From assembly GCA_951406725.2 (NCBI GenBank), contig OX597843.1, positions 13,640,001-13,704,000 of the forward strand: 64,000 nucleotides of DNA, given 5' to 3'. The notes under the pieces are model-generated. The model ran no database searches and was not told where the DNA came from. It saw nothing but the letters and a program-made list of their open reading frames with translations. Positions within the stretch are counted from its first letter, which is position 1. Each line of letters begins with the position of its first letter. Below, in pieces: positions 38,518-51,000 of this stretch. The translations under genes were made by a program, and so were the position numbers. This DNA is from Octopus vulgaris (Eukaryota).

Positions 38518-39111
38518 TGATAAAGTTGGTTTGTGAAAGCACGTGGTTGAATATATAGAAAATAGTAAAAAGTGAAAAAACTACAGAAGGCTTATATATA
38601 TGTATGTATGTAAGTATGTATGCCTGCTTCCATATGTGGGTGCATGAATACTTAGATACATTTACTTAAGTTTTGACCAGAATTGGCCCAAGCCATGGCT
38701 AACTTGATGATGCCACCTAGAAAAGCCATCTTATAGTCATTGTTTGGGTACCATAAGTCCATTCAAATACAGAGTTATTGTTCACAAAGATACATCCAGA
38801 TGTTGGTGATTTATCTGGAATTTGTTGGAGATAATTGCAGCGTGGAAGGTGTTTGTAAGCCATTTAAGAAACACACAAAAGCCGTTCGATTCACTTCAAC
38901 ATTTAAGTTTAATTGGTCAAAATATTTTTGTCAGTGAACAAGGCGCGGTCTTAAAGCGATGAAAATATTTTGACAAATTAAACTTAAATGTTGAAGTGAA
39001 TCGAACGGCTTTTGTGTGTTTCTTAAATGGCTTACAAACACCTTCCACGCTGCAATTGTTTTCGTTTCAGCACTTGCTATGCAAGCACATCTCCGTAATT
39101 GTTGGAGATAT

Positions 39112-39512
39112 TCATCTAGGAACCATTCGAATGTTTTAAGATATTTTTCTTCCCTTATGTGTTACAGAGAATAGGGCCAGTTCAAGTGAAATAGTTCTGT
39201 CTTAGTGTTGTGGTGTTTGTTGAGGATGGATGGTATGGCTACCAAGCGTTGAGTGAATGTTAAAGTCAATGTGAACATCGCTTGGGCAATGCTGTTGGAA
39301 TATTTTCAACACCGAACAAGTGATACAACACTCACAGTTATGTTGGAGGGATTAGAGTTGGGGTTTATTGAGATGATCCCAATAATCAAGGCCTGTCATG
39401 TTGTCTATATTTTTTTTTGTGATCAATCTCTGGAGTGCTTCAATTTTTATATTTTGTTTCATGTAGGAGGGCCACAGCGAAGAGCAGTATTCAAGGTGGG
39501 GATGGGCATGGG
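39112..39512 (-). mobile_element. Old CR1/L2-type fragment
   Basis: HPHLEYCSSLWPSY...IEALQR. Confidence 0.7.
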
Positions 39513-39624
39513 TGGAGAAGGGGATGATTGTAGGAGTGCTTCTGGACTGGCAAGTTCTGTATATATGTGTGTACACAGATATATGTGTTTGTATATATAT
39601 GTATTTCTGTGTGAATGTGTGTGT

Positions 39625-39691
<67 letters not shown>

Positions 39692-39692
39692 C

Positions 39693-39831
39693 CTTTGGCA
39701 GAACTGAATCTGTGAGAATGTGTCGCAGTGTGCCATAGCTGTATGTGGGTAACACTGTTTCCTGTATGAGGTGGACCTTTATGCGGACACTGCCCCGGTT
39801 AGGAGCTGGCTTTGGGAACATCGGATCGCCC
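39693..39831 (-). CDS. RASAL1: RasGAP gene exon: GDPMFPKPAPNRGSVRIKVHLIQETVLPTYSYGTLRHILTDSVLPK
   Basis: TTTTCAG acceptor, GTAAT donor, 139 nt, phase 2 to 0. Confidence 0.92.
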
Positions 39832-40029
39832 CTGAAAAATAGAGTTCAAATGCAATATGTATACAAACATATGTATATATACAAATCTGTAGGCATAAAA
39901 GGATAAAAGTATAAGCAAGTAAAATAAAGAAGAGATTATAAGAGATTATCTTTAACAATAAGGATTAAGTTATTACAAGAATCGAAATCAAAAGATGGAA
40001 GAAAGTAAATTGGTGTGCAGACAGCCCCT

Positions 40030-40850
40030 GACAGCTTATTGCCAAGAAGGCTGAGGGTGTCTTGGCATCACTCACCAAATCATTTGTGAGCTGCTCTCCG
40101 ACTATCTATCTGAGTCTTTATATAGCTATGGTAAGACCTCACTTGGAATTTGCATCACTGGTCTGGAACCCCTATCTTGCCCAGGATATTAATCTTCTGG
40201 AAGCCGTTCAGCGATGTGTAACCAAGAGAATACCCTCCATCAGGCATTTGCCATATTCTGAATGCCTTACTTCCCTGGGCATGGACACATTGAAACTCCG
40301 ACGTCTGGCAGCTGACTTGGTAGACACCCATAAAATTATTAACCATCTTACAAATAATAACTCTGAGCACCTTTTCAAACTCCACCTGTCTAACACCTTT
40401 GGACATGTTTACAAAGTCAGAAAACAGCACAGCTCCCATGACTTTCAGAAACATTTTTTCACGCTAAGAGTTGCTGAAGCATGGAACAGACTGCTGGCAT
40501 CAGTTGTTAGTTGTCGGAGCACTGCATCCTTCAAAACTTCCACGCTTCCTGAGATTCGCCAACACTACACCTGATTTTCTCCCCTCCATACACACGCTGA
40601 AGCATGGAACAAACTGCCGGCATCAGTTGTTAGTTGTCGGAGCACTGCATCCTTCAAAACTTCCACGCTTCCTGAGATTCGCCAACACTACACCTGATTT
40701 TCTCCCCTCCATACACACATGCAAGCATGTATCTGACTCATACATTGTTCACTTTCCAGACATTTGTACATTACTGCATGTACTTTATATGCACTTTCAG
40801 ACAAGTTGTGGTGCACCTGAGCATTGTATACAATAATTTCATTATATTAT
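40030..40850 (+). mobile_element. CR1/L2-type LINE 3' fragment with a ~121-bp internal tandem duplication
   Basis: VRPHLEFASLVWNPY, LEAVQR, LRRLAADL, FFTLRVAEAWNRL; 40474-40595 repeated at 40596-40716. Confidence 0.88.
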
Positions 40851-41706
40851 ATGAATAGATGTGCAGATGGTGCATCTTGCACAATACAAATGGATGGTAT
40901 CTATGTAGCAGTGATTTATTCCATCGACAGAGAGAGAATGAGATGTAGTAGCAATCCGTTCCATTGTCTGGGGGAGAATGAAGTAAGACTTTGGTTTGCC
41001 GCTTTAGTGGTGTGTAGAGGAAGGTTGAAAGGGGACGAGGCAGAGAAAATAAGGTCCCAGAAAGACAAGGATTCACAGAAACTAACAATCATGTAAAGGG
41101 ATGTAGATTTCTAGAGTTAGAGGAAAAAATATGGAGAGGAATGGTGAGTGTCAATGTGGATTGGGAGAGAGAATTCTAAGTGGAATGGTGTGAAGGAAGT
41201 CATGGGTAGATGGCAATAAAAGAGTCTTCAGTTTGCTAGACTAGCCTGTGGGATGACGTCAGCAGCTGGGGAGCTGACAGGAACTTGGGGCTGACTGGAA
41301 GAGAAAGGGGCAGGAGTGACGCGTGCGCAGGCAGGGCAGGATGGGGCCTTTTTCGATCGAGGTAGCCGAGGGAGTCAGATGCGTGAGCATGTTGTTAAGG
41401 TAGGGGAGAAGCAACTGCTGTTTCTAGTGTTTGGGTCAGGCTGCGTTGAAGGGTCCATTACCACTGAGAGGTCTCCATCGAGCGAAGAGAAGGTAGGTGT
41501 CCTTATTTTGAATCTCTCGCATACACCACATGTATATACAATAATGAGACACACACACACACACACTGTGTATATATCTCCCTTTTACTTTTTTACTTGT
41601 TTCAGTCATTCAATCCGAATGGAGAAAAAATTGAGTCCAGAGCAATAATAAGAAATTGAAATGACAAACGATTAAATGATTAGCTTCAAGTGCACTTCAT
41701 GTTTGA

Positions 41707-41791
41707 GGCTCTGATGAAGCTTTTATAAGGTGTTATTCAGCTACTCAACTATTGAGTTGACTGCATCTTATAGTGGAAACACCTGTAAGCT
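41707..41791 (+). ncRNA. Candidate minimal type-I hammerhead ribozyme (Penelope-type)
   Basis: GGCT-CTGATGA-[TATAAGGTG/CATCTTATA stem]-GAAAC-ACCT-GTA-AGCT; folded by eye. Confidence 0.6.
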
Positions 41792-41852
41792 AAGGAAATT
41801 CATAAGACAGTCATTTTCCTTTATCCTTTTTTCTCTTGTAATTATATATATA

Positions 41853-42863
41853 CTAGCATTAAAGACCCGTCGTTGCCGGGTCATAGTGCTAGTGCATGTA
41901 TATATGTGTATATATATGTGTACATCTATATATATACATCTACACATAAAATACAAAATACAAAGTTATATCTTGATATCGCTAGTGATAACAATACTCA
42001 AAATATATAACAGACTGGAATTGTAAGCCCGTCTCTTGTAATTTCGATCAATTGTATCTTGTCGTCCCTCTTGTATAGAAGTGTGGCTACAATCCAGCCT
42101 ACCTCTACTTCGGTGGGGGGGGGGTATTTTAAATTTTCTTCCGGCACGTCCTACGTCCCAGATATAAAGGTAAAAATAAAATATTTCCACTTTGCAAGTT
42201 CGAGTCGAGTACTCCCTTCCACGCTCCGTTGACTCAAACATTGCTTCTATTGTGGTGAATTTACCGCCTCTGATTAGATATCTTTCATAGTCGCACCAAG
42301 ACACTTTTCGATGGTGCTTTCCTCTAGGTGTTCAAATCTTCTTTTTTCTCTACATTATATACTTTATAGACAATAGTCTTTTCTTTAATCTATTTTTTTA
42401 TTATCCATCTGGACTATTCCATTTCTGCACGCTAATTTTATTTTTAATTTATTCCCATTCATGTGAAACCACTTATTCAATTTCAAATCATTGATGCAAT
42501 TCTATACCAATTGCTATTTTTACTTTTGTTATACTTTAGTTTGATTTTAATTATTACTTACTACATATAAGTCAATTGTAATTATTATTATTATTGTTAA
42601 AGTGAAAGTATCTGACATAAAATAGAGAAATGTTTTTGTTTCACTTTTAACACGTAATACTGAAATAGTGGAGAAGATATGATATGGCTATGGGCTCGTC
42701 CTAGGCAAGAAGTTGAACAATTTGTTTTTGCTGATGACACTCCCCGGACCCTAAGTAAGGCATGTGTAAAATTTGAATGAAATTGGTTGTGTAGTTCTCA
42801 AGTTTTAGGGAAACACACAGACAGACAGACAGACACACATTCTCAGTTTTATATATATAAAGA
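41853..42863 (-). mobile_element. ~1-kb non-autonomous Helitron
   Basis: Minus strand A|TCTTTATATATATAAAACTGAG at 42863; GACCCG..CGGGTC hairpin and CTAG|T at 41853; that both ends belong to one element is inferred. Confidence 0.7.
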
Positions 42864-42930
42864 TACACATATATATATATGTCAGTATTGTCCTCATTTT
42901 TTCCATGTTGTGATGCATGCATGTGTATGT

Positions 42931-42981
<51 letters not shown>

Positions 42982-43001
42982 AAAGCAAAGTAAGGACGTA
43001 C

Positions 43002-43099
43002 CCAGCACTTCTGTTTTCCATGTGAGGTGGTCGAGGCATCAGTCTGTACCATTTCTTCACTTTGCAACCATCAGGTAGGTTCCGGAAGTTAATGTTTAC
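43002..43099 (-). CDS. RASAL1: RasGAP gene exon, C2B end: VNINFRNLPDGCKVKKWYRLMPRPPHMENRSA
   Basis: AAG acceptor after (TC)n tract, GTACGT donor, 98 nt, phase 0 to 2; WYRL motif. Confidence 0.85.
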
Positions 43100-43436
43100 C
43101 TTTTCATAGATGAACAGGATGCACAGACAGAGAGAGAGAGAGAGACATACAAGTAGATAAAGGAAAACATTAAATATACACACAGTACACACAGACATTG
43201 ATAAAAATGGTAAGACAACAAAAGAAAGAAAGAGACCTCGATTTTATGTAAATAGAGGAATTTATCTGTAAATATAATATGTGACAATTATTTGGTAGCC
43301 AAGATAAAACTGCAAGTTTCGGTTGTCGGGGCGAAGAGATTCTGGTGTGGGTTTCCGTCCTGACATCTGAAACTTGCAGTTTTATCATGGCTACCGAATA
43401 ATTGTCACATATTATATTTACAGATATATAAATATA

Positions 43437-43845
43437 GGCGCAGGAGTGGCTGTGTGGTAAGTAGCTTGCTTACCAACCACATGGTTCTGGATTCAGTCCC
43501 ACTGCGTGGCATCTTGGGCAAGTGTCTTCTACTATAGCCCCGGGCCGACCAATGCCTTGTGAGTGGATTTGGTAGACGGAAACTGAAAGAAGCCCGTCGT
43601 ATATATGTATGTATATATATATATATGCGTGTGTGTGTTTGTGTGTCTGTGTTTGTCCTCCTAGCATTGCTTGACAACCAATGCTGGTGTGTTTATGTCC
43701 CCGTTACTTAGCGGTTCAGCAAAAGAGACTGATAGAATAAGTACTGGGCTTACAAAAGAATAAGTCCCGGGGTCGAGTTGCTCAATTAAAGGCAGTGCTC
43801 CAGCATGGCTGCAGTCAAATGACTGAAACAAGTACAAGAGTAAAT
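43437..43845 (+). mobile_element. SINE family A
   Basis: Full-length copy. Confidence 0.9.
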
Positions 43846-44057
43846 GAATAATAAGAAACGATGGATAATTGTCAGCTCATTACAGCTGTTTCTGACGCAT
43901 CTTTTTAATAGAAGAATGGGAACATTACTCCGTTACAAAAAACCGTAAACATCAGACGTGGCTGAAGTCTGTTGAGGCTAATTATGAAGTGGAAGAATGA
44001 CCAACAAAGCTGGTCATTGTGGGCATTACACCTTTTCACAATCTATATTCTTAACCT

Positions 44058-44290
44058 AAGGTGGCAAGCTGGCAGAAATGTTAGCACGCCAGGCGAAATG
44101 CGTAGCCGTTTTTCGTCTGCTGTTACGTTCTGAGGTCAATTTCTGCCGAGGTCGACTTTGCCTTTCATCCTTTAGGGGTCGATAAATAAAGTACCAGTTA
44201 CGCACTGGGGTCTATGTAACCGACTTAATCCATTTGTCTGTCCCTGTTTGTCCCCTCTATGTTTAGCCCCTTGTGGGTAGTAAAGAAATA
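44058..44290 (+). mobile_element. SINE family B monomer
   Basis: GGTGGCAAGCTGGCAGAA head, GTCGACTTTGCCTTTCATCC core; others at ~250-455, 660-850, 33683-34332, 36500-36660, 55651-55868, 61037-61247. Confidence 0.85.
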
Positions 44291-44478
44291 TATATTCTTA
44301 ACCTAACCCCACCCCCTAATTCCCACAACAACCAACTTTGTCGGTCATTCTCCCATTTTAGTTTGGTCCTGACAGACTTCAGCCAGCGCTCTGCTGTATT
44401 CTTGAAATATTCTTTTGTTTGTAAAATTACGTTTCCTTTGATGGTAACAGTTCTTTGCAATGGAGTAATGTTACGCTT

Positions 44479-44881
44479 TACTCTTTTACTTGTTTCAGTC
44501 AGTTGACTGTGGCCATGCTGGAGCACCGCCTTTAGTCGAGCAAATCGACCCCGGGACTTATTCTTTTGTAAGCCCAGTACTTATCCTATCGGTCTCTTTT
44601 GCCGAACCGCTAAGTGACAGGGACGTAACACACCAGCATCGGTTGCCAAGCAATGCTAGGGGGACAAACACAGACAAACATATACACACACATACATATA
44701 TATATATATACATATATATGACAGGCTTCTTTCAGTTTCCGTCTACCAAATCCACTCACAAGACATTGGTCAGCCTGAGGCTATAGTAGAAGACACTTGC
44801 CCAAGATGCCACGCAGTGGGACTGAACCCGGAACCATGTGGTTGGTAAGCAAGCTACTTACCACACAGATACTCCTGCACC
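44479..44881 (-). mobile_element. SINE family A
   Basis: Reverse-complement copy. Confidence 0.9.
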
Positions 44882-45087
44882 TATATTACATATCTATATA
44901 AAATAAAAAGGAATATTTATTTATCAAAACGGTTGTGGCATCAATATAGAAAGCCACACAACTGCAATATAAAACTAAAATATTTTTTGATCACTGGCAA
45001 GTAAATATGACCTGATCGCTGACCCAGTTGCTTGTACTATACTTTAACTTAGGGGCCTATGTTGTCAGAAACAGAGACAACCCTGTT

Positions 45088-48000
45088 ATTTGGTTGCTAT
45101 TTCTACCAGGTCTAGCTACTATGTAGAGGTCTCCCTCATTGGCTCATACATACATATATATATACATAAGAGAGTAGGGTGTGATTTGAGGGAGATTTGG
45201 CTGCAATTTCTACTAGGTCTAGCTACCATGTAGAGGTCTCCCTCATTGGCTCATACATACATATATATATACATAAGAGAGTAGGGTGTGATTTGAGGAA
45301 GATTTGGCTGCTATTTCTACCAGATCTAGCTACCATGTAGAGGTCTCCCTCTTTGGCTCATACATACATATATACATACATAAGAGAGTAGGGTGTGATT
45401 TGAGGGAGATTTGGCTGCTATTTCTACCAGATCTAGCTACCATGTAGAGGTCTCACTCATTGGCTCATACATACATATATACATACATAAGAGAGTAGGG
45501 TGTGATTTGAGGGACATTTGGCTGCTATTTCTACCAGATCTAGCTACCATGTAGAGGTCTCCCTCATTGGCTCATACATACATATATACATAGATAAGAG
45601 AGTAGGGTGTGATTTGAGGGAGATTTGGCTGCAATTTCTACTAGGTCTAGCTACCATGTAGAGGTCTCAATCATTGGCTCATACATACATATATACATAG
45701 ATAAGAGAGTAGGGTGTTATTTGAGGGAGATTTGGTTGCTATTTCTACCAGATCTAGCTATCATGTAGAGGTCTCCCTCATTGGCTCATACATAAGAGAG
45801 TAGGGTGTGATTTGACGGAGATCTGACTGCTATTTCTACCAGGTCTAGCTACCATGTAGAAGTCTCTCTCATTGGCTCATACATACATATATACATACAT
45901 AAGAGAGTAGGGTGTTATTTGAGGGAGATTTGGTTGCTATTTCTACCAGATCTAGCTACCATGTAGAGGTCTCCCTCATTGGCTCATACATACATATATA
46001 CATAGATAAGAGAGTAGGGTGTTGTTTGAGGGAGATTTGGCTGTTATTTCTACCAGGTCTAGCTACCATGTAGAGGTCTCCCTCATTGGCTCATACATAA
46101 GAGAGTAGGGTGTGATTTGAGGGAGATTTGGCTGCTATTTCTACCAGGTCTAGCTACCATGTAGAGGTCTCCCTCATTGGCTCATACATATATATATATA
46201 CATAGATAAGAGAGTAGGGTGTGATTTGAGGGAGATTTGGTTGCTATTTCTACCAGATCTAGCTACCATGTAGAGGTCTCCCTCATTGGCTCATACATAC
46301 ATATATACATAGATAAGAGAGTAGCGTGTGATTTGAGGGTGATCTGACTGCTATTTCTACCAAGTCTAGCTACCATGTAGAGGTCTCCCTCATTGGCTCA
46401 TACATACATATATACATAGATAAGAGAGTAGGGTGTGATTTGAGGGAGATTTGGTTGCTATTTCTACCAGATCTAGCTACCATGTAGAGGTCTCCCTCAT
46501 TGGCTCATACATACATATATACATACATAAGAGAGTAGGGTGTTGTTTGAGGGAGATTTGGCTGTTATTTCTAGCAGGTCTAGCTACCATGTAGAGGTCT
46601 CCCTCATTGGCTCATACATACATATCTACATACATAAGAGAGTAGGGTGTTGTTTGAGGGAGATTTGGCTGCTATTTCTACAGGTCTAGCTACCATGTAG
46701 AGGTCTCCCTCATTGGCTCATACATACATATATACATACATAAGAGAGTAGGGTGTTGTTTGAGGGAGATTTGGCTGTTATTTCTAGCAGGTCTAGCTAC
46801 CATGTAGAGGTCTCCCTCATTGGCTCATACATACATATATACATACATAAGAGAGTAGGGTGTTGTTTGAGGGAGATTTGGCTGTTATTTCTAGCAGGTC
46901 TAGCTACCATGTAGAGGTCTCCCTCATTGGCTCATACATACATATATACATACATAAGAGAGTAGGGTGTTGTTTGAGGGAGATTTAGCTGCTATTTCTA
47001 ACAGGTGTAGCCACCATGTAGAGGTCTCCCTCATTGGCTCATACATACATATATACATACATAAGAGAGTAGGGTGTGATTTAAGGGAGATCTGACTGCT
47101 ATTTCTACCAGGTCTAGCTACCATGTAGAGGTCTCCCTCAATGGCTCATACATACATATATACATACATAAGAGAGTAGGGTGTGATTTGAGGGAGATTT
47201 GGCTGCTATTTCTACCAGGTCTAGCTACCATGTAGAGGTCTCCCTCATTGGCTCATACATACATATATACATACATAAGAGAGTAGGGTGTGTTTGAGGG
47301 AGATTTGGCTGCTATTTCTACCAGATCTAGCTACCATGTAGAGGTCTCCCTCATTGGCTCATACATACATATATACATAGATAAGAGAGTAGGGTGTGAT
47401 TTGAGGGAGATTTGGCTGCTATTTCTACCAGGTCTAGCTACCATGTAGAGGTCTCCCTCATTGGCTCATACATACATATATACATACATAAGAGAGTAGG
47501 GTGTGATTTGAGGGAGATTTGGCTGCTATTTCTACCAGGTCTAGCTACCATGTAGAGGTCTCCCTCATTGGCTCATACATACATATATACATACATAAGA
47601 GAGTAGGGTGTGATTTGAGGGAGATTTGGTTGCTATTTCTACCAGATCTAGCTACCATGTAGAGGTCTCCCTCATTGGCTCATACATACATATATACATA
47701 GATAAGAGAGTAGGGTGTGATTTGAGGGAGATCTGACTGCTATTTCTACCAGGTTTAGCTACCATGTAGAGGTCTCCCTCAATGGCTCATACATACATAT
47801 ATACATACGTAAGAGAGTAGGGTGTTGTTTGAGGGAGATTTGGCTGCTATTTCTAGCAGGTCTAGCTACCATGTAGAGGTCTCCCTCAATGGCTCATACA
47901 TACATATATACATACATAAGAGAGTAGGGTGTGATTTGAGGGAGATTTGGCTGCTATTTCTAGCAGGTCTAGCTACCATGTAGAGGTCTCCCTCAATGGC

Positions 48001-51000
48001 TCATACATACATATATACATACATAAGAGAGTAGGGTGTGATTTGAGGGAGATTTGGCTGCTATTTCTAGCAGGTCTAGCTACCATGTAGAGGTCTCCCT
48101 CAATGGCTCATACATACATATTTACATACATAAGAGAGTAGGGTGTGATTTGAGGGAGATTTGGCTGCTATTTCTACCAGGTCTAGCTACCATGTAGAGG
48201 TCTCCCTCATTGGCTCATACATACATATATACATACATAAGAGAGTAGGGTGTGATTTGAGGAGATTTGGCTGCTATTTCTACCAGGTCTAGCTACCATG
48301 TAGAGGTCTCCCTCAATGGCTCATACATACATATATACATACGTAAGAGAGTAGGGTGTGATTTGAGGGAGATTTGGCTGCTATTTCTAGCAGGTCTAGC
48401 TACCATGTAGAGGTCTCCCTCATTGGCTCATACATACATATATACATACATAAGAGAGTAGGGTGTGATTTGAGGGAGATTTGGCTGCTATTTCTAGCAG
48501 GTCTAGCTACCATGTAGAGGTCTCCCTCATTGGCTCATACATACATATATACATACATAAGAGAGTAGGGTGTGATTTGAGGGAGATTTGGCTGCTATTT
48601 CTACCAGGTCTAGCTACCATGTAGAGGTCTCCCTCATTGGCTCATACATACATATATACATACATAAGAGAGTAGGGTGTGATTTGAGGAGATTTGGCTG
48701 CTATTTCTACCAGGTCTAGCTACCATGTAGAGGTCTCCCTCATTGGCTCATACATACATATATACATACATAAGAGAGTAGGGTGTGATTTGAGGGAGAT
48801 TTGGCTGCTATTTCTAGCAGGTCTAGCTACCAGTAGAGGTCTCCCTCATTGGCTCATACATACATACATAAGAGTAGGGTGTGATTTGAGGAGATTTGGC
48901 TGCTATTTCTACCAGGTCTAGCTACCATGTAGAGGTCTCCCTCATTGGCTCATACATACATATATACATACATAAGAGAGTAGGGTGTGATTTGAGGGAG
49001 ATTTGGCTGCTATTTCTACAAGATCTAGCTACCATGTAGAGGTCTCCCTCATTGGCTCATACATACATATATACATACATAAGAAAGTAGGGTGTGATTT
49101 GAGGGAGATTTGGCTGCTATTTCTACCAGGTCTAGCTACCATGTAGAGGTCTCCCTCATTGGCTCATACATACATATATACATACATAAGAGAGTAGGGT
49201 GTGATTTGAGGGAGATTTGGCTGCTATTTCTACCAGGTCTAGCTACCATGTAGAGGTCTCCCTCATTGGCTACTACATACATATATACATACATAAGAGA
49301 GTAGGGTGTGATTTGAGGGAGATCTGACTGCTATTTCTAGCAGGTATAGCTACCATGTAGAGGTCTCCCTCATTGGCACATACATACATAAGAGAGTAGG
49401 GTGTGATTTGAGGAGATTTGGCTGCTATTTCTACCAGGTCTAGCTACCATGTAGAGGTCTCCCTCATTGGCTCATACATACATATATACATACATAAGAG
49501 AGTAGGGTGTGATTTGAGGGAGATTTGGCTGCTATTTCTACCAGGTCTAGCTACCATGTAGAGGTCTCCCTCATTGGCTCATACATACATATATACATAG
49601 ATAAGAGAGTAGGGTGTGATTTGAGGGAGATTTGGCTGCTATTTCTACCAGGTCTAGCTACCATGTAGAGGTCTCCCTCATTGGCTCATACATACATATA
49701 TACATACATAAGAGAGTTGGGTGTGATTTGAGGGAGATTTGGCTGCTATTTCTACCAGGTCTAGCTACCATGTAGAGGTCTCCCTCATTGGCTCATACAT
49801 ACATATATACATACATAAGAGAGTAGGGTGTGATTTGAGGAAGATCTGACTGCTATTTCTAACAGGTCTAGCTACCATGTAGAGGTCTCCCTCATTGGCT
49901 CATACATACATATATACATACATAAGAGAGTAGGGTGTTGTTTGAGGGAGATTTGGCTGTTATTTCTAGCAGGTCTAGCTACCATGTAGAGGTCTCCCTC
50001 ATTGGCTCATACATACATATACATACATAAGAGAGTAGGGTGTTGTTTGAGGGAGATTTGGCTGCTATTTCTACAGGTCTAGCTACCATGTAGAGGTCTC
50101 CCTCATTGGCTCATACATACATATATACATACATAAGAGAGTAGGGTGTTGTTTGAGGGAGATTTGGCTGTTATTTCTAGCAGGTCTAGCTACCATGTAG
50201 AGGTCTCCCTCATTGGCTCATACATACATATATACATACATAAGAGAGTAGGGTGTTGTTTGAGGGAGATTTGGCTGTTATTTCTAGCAGGTCTAGCTAC
50301 CATGTAGAGGTCTCCCTCATTGGCTCATACATACATATATACATACATAAGAGAGTAGGGTGTTGTTTGAGGGAGATTTGGCTGCTATTTCTAACAGGTC
50401 TAGTACCATGTAGAGGTCTCCCTCATTGGCTCATACATACATATATACATACATAAGAGAGTAGGGTGTGATTTAAGGGAGATCTGACTGCTATTTCTAC
50501 CAGGTCTAGCTACCATGTAGAGGTCTCCCTCATTGGCTCATACATACATATATACATACATAAGACAGTAGGGTGTGATTTGAAGGAGATTTGACTGCTA
50601 TTTCTACCAGGTCTAGCTACCATGTAGAGGTCTCCCTCATTGGCTCATACATACATATATACATACATAAGAGAGTAGGGTGTGGTTTGAGGGAGATTTG
50701 GCTGCTATTTCTACCAGGTCTAGCTACCATGTAGAGGTCTCCCTCATTGGCTCATACATACATATATACATAGATAAGAGAGTAGGGTGTGATTTAAGGG
50801 AGATCTGACTGCTATTTCTACCAGGTCTAGCTACCATGTAGAGGTCTCCCTCATTGGCTCATACATACATATATACATACATAAGAGAGTAGGGTGTGAT
50901 TTGAGGGAGATTTGGCTGCTATTTCTAGCAGGTCTAGCTACCATGTAGAGGTCTCCCTCATTGGCTCATACATACATATATACATACGTAAGAGAGTAGG

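Noticed and set aside
40860-41520. Penelope-like reverse transcriptase remnant (minus strand)
   Set aside because: Only a faint resemblance (LSTFLY...LLHS); too degraded to support without a profile search.
47171-47277. Twister or hammerhead ribozyme in the 107-bp unit
   Set aside because: CTGC/GTAG-AGG and GGTCTAGCTACC loosely recall twister, but the UAA cleavage motif and pseudoknot pairings are missing; no CTGANGA on either strand.
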